A stretch of DNA of 11,928 bases, from IMG/VR virus record IMGVR_UViG_3300027896_000028, one strand, 5' to 3'. Each line of letters begins with the position of its first letter. Position 1 is the stretch's first letter. The translations under genes and the position numbers were made by a program. Of the stretch, positions 6,865 to 11,928 are shown piece after piece. Source of the DNA: a virus (lineage: Duplodnaviria > Heunggongvirae > Uroviricota > Caudoviricetes). The notes below the pieces were generated by a model, which did not search any database, was not told the origin of the DNA, and worked only from the letters and a program-made list of their open reading frames with translations.

Positions 6865-7060
6865 GCAGAGTTCTACAGAGAGGTACCTGTACTTGCAATC
6901 TGATAGACTCTATTATAGGGTTCCTAACCCCTCTCCAGATATCTACTTCAACAAATGATGATACCTCCTCGAACCGGTTCATTAGATGAATACTAAGCGC
7001 TTCCTTCACGTTGTATATTATAGCAATATTAACACCAGATTTGATATCAGCATCAGTCAT
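6854..7060 (-). CDS. Tetrad-repeat family protein, 68 aa
   Basis: Hydrophobic residues at 6,10...30 and 33,37...65; IWRGVRNP; ends RTL. Confidence 0.8.
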   Translation of the reverse strand: MTDADIKSGVNIAIIYNVKEALSIHLMNRFEEVSSFVEVDIWRGVRNPIIESIRLQVQVPLCRTLRDE

Positions 7061-7302
7061 ATCGGAGGTAGTTTAACCATCGATTGATCAGTATCATCAG
7101 CTGACGCTGCTTCACTAAAGTTGTCACAGAATATGCTAGCTAACCGCACTGTACACTCAGCCAGCTTCTGCATGTTGTGGTTAGTATTCTCGAGGTTCCT
7201 TACGGTCAGTTCGAGGTTGGTGTTCTCTCTACCTAACCGATTGTTTTCTAATGCGAGATAGGTAATAGTAGCCGTTAAGAGGATCGTCATTAAAATTTTC
7301 AT
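7057..7302 (-). CDS. Membrane-anchored coiled-coil protein, 81 aa
   Basis: Hydrophobic N-terminus ILMTILLTATITYLAL followed by heptad-like ENTNLE...NLENTN. Confidence 0.7.
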   Translation of the reverse strand: MKILMTILLTATITYLALENNRLGRENTNLELTVRNLENTNHNMQKLAECTVRLASIFCDNFSEAASADDTDQSMVKLPPI

Positions 7303-7308
7303 TTACGT

Positions 7309-7337
7309 ATTATAGAATATTTCAATGAAAATAACAA
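7309..7337 (-). promoter_or_regulatory. Sigma70-type promoter, leaderless
   Basis: TTGTTA (7337-7332), 17 nt, TATAAT (7314-7309), 6 nt, ATG (7302). Confidence 0.75.
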
Positions 7338-7344
7338 GTTTTAT

Positions 7345-7758
7345 TTAGAGTTTACCATCACCATAATGCCGATGATTACGCTTGAAGCATTCGATCAGAG
7401 AGATGATATTAGTCTTGCCAATAGGGTTCATCGTGTGGACGTAATACTCTGGAAATGGTTGGTTGTGTTTAATACAGTACTCTACTAGCCACATAGCGCA
7501 ATCATATCCAGTCTTCTCTGTATACGAACCATAGGGAATAGTATTGGGGTTAGATATTCCTCCTTTGGGTTCCATAAACGGGTAGTGTTCAATGGATAAA
7601 TCATGATCGAACGTTACGCGTGCAGGCATCCCGTGTGTTGCAATCACGTGTACAAATTCTTTATAATTGCGTACAATAGTCCAGTGCACAGGTGGCAGCT
7701 GTACCCATGATACCTGCTTCGGAGAGCGTTCGTCGTCTAGAAAAAGTGAGTATGTCAT
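7345..7758 (-). CDS. Cyclic-phosphate-processing receiver-domain (cREC-like) protein, 137 aa
   Basis: LFLDDERSP...WTIVRNY.EF...FDHDL...TGYDCAMWL...VHTMNPIG motifs match this family. Confidence 0.8.
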   Translation of the reverse strand: MTYSLFLDDERSPKQVSWVQLPPVHWTIVRNYKEFVHVIATHGMPARVTFDHDLSIEHYPFMEPKGGISNPNTIPYGSYTEKTGYDCAMWLVEYCIKHNQPFPEYYVHTMNPIGKTNIISLIECFKRNHRHYGDGKL

Positions 7759-7964
7759 AATTGTTTCTCTTTACTTACATCGATGTCGCCCGGTTTCAAG
7801 GTTAACCATAACTGTTGCGCTACCTGTCTACATACTTGTATATACACCTTAGTACCAATACCCTCCTTAACACCGATATGATCAGTAAAGCTCAATGCGC
7901 ATTGAACCTCTTGACATACATCTTCTATGAAGTTGCTTACTTTCTTTTCGTTCTTACTTATCAC
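7755..7964 (-). CDS. Tetrad-repeat family protein, 69 aa
   Basis: KVYIQVCRQVAQQL; ATGA coupling to the cREC gene. Confidence 0.75.
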   Translation of the reverse strand: MISKNEKKVSNFIEDVCQEVQCALSFTDHIGVKEGIGTKVYIQVCRQVAQQLWLTLKPGDIDVSKEKQL

Positions 7965-8172
7965 TTGGTACCTCCACGTCTGATAGCAAGGTGTCTCTAC
8001 TAATATGACGTATCATCCACAACTGTCTATCAACTTCAGTTTTGATACCATGCCACACAGTCATATCGGTTTGGAGCCCAGCTTGTTGATTGCAGTCTTT
8101 ATTGTTCTCACAAATCACAAAGCTTATGAGCTCGTGATGTCTAGTAGATAATCTGGGATCAGTAGTCCTCAT
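7954..8172 (-). CDS. Diverged tetrad-repeat family protein, 72 aa
   Basis: VWHGIKTEVDRQLW; TAATG junction. Confidence 0.7.
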   Translation of the reverse strand: MRTTDPRLSTRHHELISFVICENNKDCNQQAGLQTDMTVWHGIKTEVDRQLWMIRHISRDTLLSDVEVPSDK

Positions 8173-8375
8173 TATAAGGTTCGGTGTAAAGTATTTGAAA
8201 CAAAGTCAACTTGTCTTGCAATTGGACCGAGGCTGCCATATATCATACCTCTAACATTCTCGCTGATACTATCAAATACAGCAGCATCAATACCGTCCCT
8301 AACAGAGTCCTTAAACATCTTGTAGGGCATAAAGCGTACAAGCTTTGTAACCTCTTCAAGTGCTGTTAGTTTCAT
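8172..8375 (-). CDS. Tetrad-repeat family protein, 67 aa
   Basis: V/I/L/F at 21,25,29...49; ends HRTL; first gene after the promoter. Confidence 0.8.
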   Translation of the reverse strand: MKLTALEEVTKLVRFMPYKMFKDSVRDGIDAAVFDSISENVRGMIYGSLGPIARQVDFVSNTLHRTL

Positions 8376-8383
8376 TCTCGTTA

Positions 8384-8412
8384 ATTGTAGCGTATATCTA
8401 CGAGAATGTCAA
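8384..8412 (-). promoter_or_regulatory. Sigma70-type promoter, near-leaderless
   Basis: TTGACA (8412-8407), 17 nt, TACAAT (8389-8384), 8 nt, ATG (8375). Confidence 0.8.
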
Positions 8413-8433
8413 GAAGTTATTTGTGGATTCGTA

Positions 8434-8616
8434 TCAACCTACCTTGTCGAGAGCTGCTTTGACTATCGTAATCAGCTTCGGATGACCTACATCAGTTGGT
8501 TCAGAGGTAAGATGCTTGTATACATCCTTCAATGCAGTAAGAGCTACCTTCAGCTTCGCGTCAGAGTTATGTTTCTCATCGAGCGCTTCGTACATCAAAC
8601 GGTTATCTTTATTCAT
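8434..8616 (-). CDS. Hypothetical helical protein, 60 aa
   Basis: ORF track; 8-nt overlap with upstream gene. Confidence 0.7.
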   Translation of the reverse strand: MNKDNRLMYEALDEKHNSDAKLKVALTALKDVYKHLTSEPTDVGHPKLITIVKAALDKVG

Positions 8617-8815
8617 ATTGATTATTTATCTGATCTGTCAACGCTACTTTAAGAATACTGCTAACCTGCCGTTGTATGATATTGCCGAGTGGTACCCTAA
8701 GGAAGACGTATATATCATCTCTAATAAAGCCGGAAGTAATCTCAGTATCGTAAACATCCCAGAAAGGATGTACTACGAGCTTCGTTATTTTTAGCCTTAC
8801 TTCATCATTATTCAT
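8609..8815 (-). CDS. Tetrad-repeat family protein, 68 aa
   Basis: Hydrophobic residues at 6,10...26 and 31,35...63; IQRQVSSIL. Confidence 0.75.
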   Translation of the reverse strand: MNNDEVRLKITKLVVHPFWDVYDTEITSGFIRDDIYVFLRVPLGNIIQRQVSSILKVALTDQINNQYE

Positions 8816-8860
8816 ATAAACAAATCGTTTAAATCAAAGGCTAGAGGGTTTAAACCATGT

Positions 8861-9079
8861 TTAATACCCACGAAAAGATGCATGTACAGCTTCTCCAATT
8901 TGCCAGTAGACTACATGAGAGATAGGATCAAAGTTACTTCTGAGAGCTTCTATATTAATTTTCTTCTGTTTGATCTGATCCATGAATGAATCACTAAGCT
9001 CTCTGATACGATCATCAACCTGCCAGGTAATAGCATTGTTGAGTAAGAAGTAATTCTCAGTTGTGTTCAGCTTGCTCAC
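8861..9079 (-). CDS. Possible diverged tetrad-family protein, 72 aa
   Basis: WQVDDRI...VVYWQIGEAV; ATGA coupling. Confidence 0.65.
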   Translation of the reverse strand: MSKLNTTENYFLLNNAITWQVDDRIRELSDSFMDQIKQKKINIEALRSNFDPISHVVYWQIGEAVHASFRGY

Positions 9080-9270
9080 AGTGCCAACGGGAGATTTTCA
9101 TTCTCGGCGTACTCAGCGACAGCTTTGACATACTCTTCGGTGAAGCGGCTATTGATACCCTTCTCGTGATGCTCTTTCATCGCAGCTAGCTTCCAAGCAG
9201 GCCAATCAAGTTTCACTTTCTCAGCTGCTATTTTATAGCGCTCAGCCATCGTTTGTTCTGGTTTATTCAT
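9076..9270 (-). CDS. Hypothetical protein (WPAWK motif), 64 aa
   Basis: ORF track; coupled. Confidence 0.75.
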   Translation of the reverse strand: MNKPEQTMAERYKIAAEKVKLDWPAWKLAAMKEHHEKGINSRFTEEYVKAVAEYAENENLPLAL

Positions 9271-9276
9271 ATTAAA

Positions 9277-9408
9277 TTAACATCCACCTAACAGGCAGCA
9301 TATAATAATTATACCGATGATGATACCCCAACCATCATCATCATTAGACTGCTTCGAGTAGCCTTGATAGCGGCCGTGCCTATCGTATCTTTTCCATTTT
9401 TTACTCAT
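9277..9408 (-). CDS. Unlisted 43-aa tail-anchored membrane peptide
   Basis: Hand translation MSKKWKRYDRHGRYQGYSKQSNDDDGWGIIIGIIIICCLLGGC*; ATGA overlap with 9405; fills the gap exactly. Confidence 0.7.
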   Translation of the reverse strand: MSKKWKRYDRHGRYQGYSKQSNDDDGWGIIIGIIIICCLLGGC

Positions 9409-9740
9409 GTTATTTTCCTTTTAGGTATTAAAGACTTCAAGAAGTCTCTTTCTTTGGCAGCAGCCTTTAACCATTTCTTATCTTTGACATCCCTAGGAAG
9501 GAGAGAGATATTAGAAATATAGTCATTAGCTATCTCAAATGGGGTTCTGTTACAGTATCTATGACCTGTATGCTCTTTAACCGGGCAGTCGTCACAGTAC
9601 TCTTTACCCTTGAGATCTTTGTCGTTAAACTCTAGACAGAGGGCACAGCTCCCTCGGCTTACTTGTTCGTTCGCTCCGGCGGCTAAGCGCTCCCAATGGG
9701 CAATGCTTTCCTTTAAAGCTTTTAATGTTTTAGGTTTCAT
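9405..9740 (-). CDS. Cys-rich putative metal-binding protein, 111 aa (start revised to MKPKT)
   Basis: CALC...CDDCP...YC; TAATATG junction with 9742. Confidence 0.7.
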   Translation of the reverse strand: MKPKTLKALKESIAHWERLAAGANEQVSRGSCALCLEFNDKDLKGKEYCDDCPVKEHTGHRYCNRTPFEIANDYISNISLLPRDVKDKKWLKAAAKERDFLKSLIPKRKIT

Positions 9741-9741
9741 A

Positions 9742-10041
9742 TTATTCAATGTGTCGAACGACTGCTCCGTCATACATACCGATTAAGGTAGTCAGTATGG
9801 TGTTAGATGTTACTTTTGTTTTACCATCGGGATATACCCAACGATTCTTAATTATTTTACCTTCTCGTATCACTAAATCTGACATATGCATTAAGCGGTC
9901 AGATGTAACTTTAAAATGATCTTGAGGTGGAAAAGAATTCTGAAAGTCCTCTAGAGAAGGGAAGAGTACGTTGTGCTCTTTACCTCCACCAAAAACCATC
10001 AGCGGTATAAAGTAGTAACTAGTTCTTGTATTTCTTTTCAT
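9742..10041 (-). CDS. Hypothetical protein, 99 aa
   Basis: ORF track; fits the operon. Confidence 0.75.
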   Translation of the reverse strand: MKRNTRTSYYFIPLMVFGGGKEHNVLFPSLEDFQNSFPPQDHFKVTSDRLMHMSDLVIREGKIIKNRWVYPDGKTKVTSNTILTTLIGMYDGAVVRHIE

Positions 10042-10071
10042 AGAGTTTTATTCGGCGTTGATGAGGACGGG

Positions 10072-10170
10072 TTAACCAGCCTGCAACAGTAATACAATCT
10101 CCGCGCACAGTTTCATGGCGGCGATGGCGGCGTTGTTGGCAATGTCTTCAATGTCCTGCGCGTCCACCAT
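10072..10170 (-). CDS. Possible unlisted 32-aa ORF (MVDAQDIEDIANNAAIAAMKLCAEIVLLLQAG)
   Basis: Hand translation; overlaps the end of 10148..10357 and fills the gap; could instead be a frameshifted tail of that gene. Confidence 0.35.
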   Translation of the reverse strand: MVDAQDIEDIANNAAIAAMKLCAEIVLLLQAG

Positions 10171-10357
10171 TGCTGTAGTAGTTGACCTGCGCGTTGCAGT
10201 TTTTCAACATTCTGATTTCAATATCAGCGTCGGATAATTCGTTTTCGAGTTGGCGGGCGAAGTCACCCCATTCAGAGCAACTTCTTCCGACTGGCGCGAT
10301 TCCTTTCGCTTTCCAATAAAACTCATCCGTTCTCGGTGTTTTTGATTGTTCACTCAT
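10148..10357 (-). CDS. TPRTD...FARQLE phage family protein, 69 aa
   Basis: MSEQSKTPRTD...FARQLENEL; AGGAG SD. Confidence 0.75.
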   Translation of the reverse strand: MSEQSKTPRTDEFYWKAKGIAPVGRSCSEWGDFARQLENELSDADIEIRMLKNCNAQVNYYSNGGRAGH

Positions 10358-10829
10358 AGTTATTTCTCCTTCCCCATTGCTGCGTCGATGGCTTGGCGGA
10401 TATGCCTATCTACAAAGTGTGTATTTTTGTCAGTATCAAGGCAGACTACTTCGCCTAGCTCGTCCTCACTTGTCCACATGTTGAAACTATCTTCCTCCAA
10501 CCAATCCAATCTTTTGCTGTCCTTCTTCGCCTCGTCGTTCTGTTGCTTGAGGCTGTCGCGTTCGGATTTAATTGCTATGATTTGCCCAGCATCGGCAGCC
10601 GTATAAACTGATTTTGATTTGGCTTTTTCTTCGACACGGAACTGAATTTCTTTCCTCAACCCCTCGCAAGTGGCTTTGAGTTCGGTGAGTTCTGTTTCGA
10701 GTTGGCGGGCGAATGCTGAATTTACCCACTGTTCGCCATTTCTGTCTTTGCCACAAGCTTGGCTGTCGGTTCTTGGTGTGTTTGATTGTTCACTCATAAT
10801 TATTTCTCCTTGTTCATTGCTGCGTTGAT
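10326..10829. repeat. 64-bp direct repeat (10326-10389 and 10766-10829), plus 19-bp identical block (10243-10261 / 10695-10713)
   Basis: 56/64 identical; spans upstream gene tail, stop, SD and the first 11 codons. Confidence 0.85.
10360..10797 (-). CDS. TPRTD...FARQLE coiled-coil phage protein with RLDWL...AIDAAM C-terminal module, 145 aa
   Basis: Motifs seen in translation; AGGAG SD. Confidence 0.8.
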   Translation of the reverse strand: MSEQSNTPRTDSQACGKDRNGEQWVNSAFARQLETELTELKATCEGLRKEIQFRVEEKAKSKSVYTAADAGQIIAIKSERDSLKQQNDEAKKDSKRLDWLEEDSFNMWTSEDELGEVVCLDTDKNTHFVDRHIRQAIDAAMGKEK

Positions 10830-10888
10830 TTGCAGCCGGTCAGCAAAATCAGCGACGAGAGCATGAGGATTGTGAGGAGTGAGTTCAT
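10814..10888 (-). CDS. Unlisted 24-aa lipobox micro-ORF (MNSLLTILMLSSLILLTGCKSTQQ)
   Basis: ATG 10888 overlaps the TGA of the upstream gene (ATGA); hydrophobic core plus LTGC lipobox; no basic n-region. Confidence 0.45.
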   Translation of the reverse strand: MNSLLTILMLSSLILLTGCKSTQQ

Positions 10889-11154
10889 ACAAGTCCTTTC
10901 ACTTTTGCTAACGCTTGAACACGCTGTTGCCAAGTGGCGTGATATGTTAAACGCTTAATACAATCAGCGTCCATTTCATCTTCGGTTAGTCCTTCCTCCA
11001 CCAACCAACATAGGTGCAGTAGTTCGGTGTCGAGGACTGGGCGAGTATAACCTTTATCTTCGTCAAAACAAGTAAGCACTCGTCCATAAGTTAACTTCTC
11101 CGGCAGCATCTTCGCCAGCAGTTGTTTCAGTTTTAGTTCGGTGTCAGTTTTCAT
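10885..11154 (-). CDS. Conserved-looking phage hypothetical protein, 89 aa (start revised to MKTDTE)
   Basis: VLDTELLHLCW...HATWQQR; 11-nt overlap with the upstream gene. Confidence 0.75.
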   Translation of the reverse strand: MKTDTELKLKQLLAKMLPEKLTYGRVLTCFDEDKGYTRPVLDTELLHLCWLVEEGLTEDEMDADCIKRLTYHATWQQRVQALAKVKGLV

Positions 11155-11368
11155 AGTTCTCTTTGTAAGTCTTGTTCCAGTCTTCGGCAGCCTTGACCCA
11201 TGCTTCACCATTAATCATCGTATGCTTCATCGCTTCGATCAGCTCCCCTTTCCTCTCAGCGCACTGCTTAGCATAGCGACCGATTGCTTCCATCAGGAAC
11301 AGCTGGTTGACTGCTGAACCATCCATGTAGTCTTTTACGACCTGAGTGTTAGTTTTAGGTTGTTTCAT
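11144..11368 (-). CDS. Hypothetical protein, 74 aa (start revised to ATG 11368)
   Basis: ATG lies 6 nt after the -10 box. Confidence 0.8.
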   Translation of the reverse strand: MKQPKTNTQVVKDYMDGSAVNQLFLMEAIGRYAKQCAERKGELIEAMKHTMINGEAWVKAAEDWNKTYKENYEN

Positions 11369-11374
11369 ACTCAA

Positions 11375-11403
11375 AGTATAGATGTTCCTGGTTGATTATG
11401 CAA
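11375..11403 (-). promoter_or_regulatory. Sigma70-type promoter, leaderless
   Basis: TTGCAT (11403-11398), 17 nt, TATACT (11380-11375), 6 nt, ATG (11368). Confidence 0.75.
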
Positions 11404-11405
11404 GA

Positions 11406-11722
11406 TTAATTTACAGGTATTGCTGTATCAAAGCTGCTCTTATACAGCGTCATTTTATCAAACACTAGGTACTTGGAAAGGATCTCTGGCGGATAAAGGC
11501 TCACATCCCACTTCTTCAAAGGTGTCAAGAAGTTGTAGAAATTAGCACCGAATGCGATGTTAGCAAAGCTATGGATCTCATCGAGCCACTTCTCCAGCTT
11601 GCTGTATGCTCTATCGGTTCAAAGTTATCAATCATTGATATAGGTGGCGATATAACAAGACCCAGAAACAACTCATCACCTCGTCTATATCGCCACCTCT
11701 TAGATTTGACTTCTAATTGCAT
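11406..11722 (-). pseudogene. Probable split gene: frame 1 from ATG 11722 (ORF 11525..11722) plus a startless 70-codon frame 11618..11406
   Basis: TAATG-coupled start; the second frame ends 2 nt before the next -35 box; a single -1 shift near 11619 joins them. Confidence 0.4.
11642..11698. repeat. 13-bp perfect inverted repeat with 31-nt spacer
   Basis: AGGTGGCGATATA (11642-11654) / TATATCGCCACCT (11686-11698). Confidence 0.85.
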
Positions 11723-11928
11723 TACTTTGAAATACTAGCATTACTCTTGAACAAGAGCCCACAGAGAACAGCAATACCAAATGCATGCTTCCAAGTGATA
11801 GGATGGATACCGTCAACGGCAACGACCAAGCAATGATTCCAGAGATACATTACGAACCAACTGAAGACAGCGGCCATAATGACACAGGTAACAATTGCTG
11901 TTACAACAACACCGAGAATAGTTAGAAT
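11722..11928 (-). CDS. Small membrane protein, 5'-truncated by the window edge
   Basis: Hand translation ILTILGVVVTAIVTCVIMAAVFSWFVMYLWNH...ITWKHAFGIAVLCGLLFKSNASISK*; TAATG overlap. Confidence 0.75.
   Translation of the reverse strand: MLTILGVVVTAIVTCVIMAAVFSWFVMYLWNHCLVVAVDGIHPITWKHAFGIAVLCGLLFKSNASISK

Noticed and set aside
7057-7302. Spanin (Rz-like) call
   Set aside because: TM plus coiled coil only; no endolysin, holin or nested lipoprotein nearby
8816-8860. Promoter/operator in this gap (GGTTTAAACC palindrome, repeated GTTTAAA)
   Set aside because: No -35/-10 pair matching the others; a short AT-rich palindrome is expected by chance
1295-10606. Plus-strand ORFs in the track (1295, 3495, 3547, 4012, 4169, 5424, 7667, 7815, 8516, 10346)
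   Set aside because: Antisense shadows of coupled minus-strand genes, with no coding-like motifs or initiation signals
4101-10756. Alternative-frame minus ORFs 4101..4349 and 10568..10756
   Set aside because: Largely nested in better-supported genes in another frame
1-11928. Stop-codon reassignment
   Set aside because: Standard code gives near-complete tiling; TAA, TGA and TAG (4900) all act as stops at coupled junctions or gene ends
1-11928. tRNA, rRNA, IS or integrase
   Set aside because: No cloverleaf, no large non-coding gap, and no transposase or recombinase motif seen

Overview
Gene-dense, almost certainly bacteriophage (large-phage-like) accessory/early region. About 48 small genes all lie on the minus strand, mostly translationally coupled (ATGA/TAATG/8-11 nt overlaps). 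There are no structural, replication, tRNA or integrase genes. The dominant unexplained signal is an expanded family of roughly 23 small (63-107 aa) proteins with an aliphatic residue (V/I/L) at nearly every fourth position, ancestrally QVxx. Thirteen form one contiguous coupled array (192-3177) and about ten more highly diverged copies are scattered to 9079. Seven sigma70-type promoters (TTGnnn-16/17-TAnnnT) sit in the short intergenic gaps, and five place the start ATG at or next to the predicted +1 (leaderless mRNAs). The only recognisable families are a Lar-like Zn-finger protein, a cyclic-phosphate-processing receiver-domain protein, a probable winged-helix protein, SH3-like proteins and TPRTD/FARQLE phage proteins. 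Other features: an 81-bp tandem repeat with a clustered 7-nt variable patch at the left edge, a palindromic promoter, unlisted micro-ORFs (a 24-aa lipobox peptide and a 43-aa tail-anchored peptide) and a probable split gene. All family calls are from motif recognition by eye; no searches were run.
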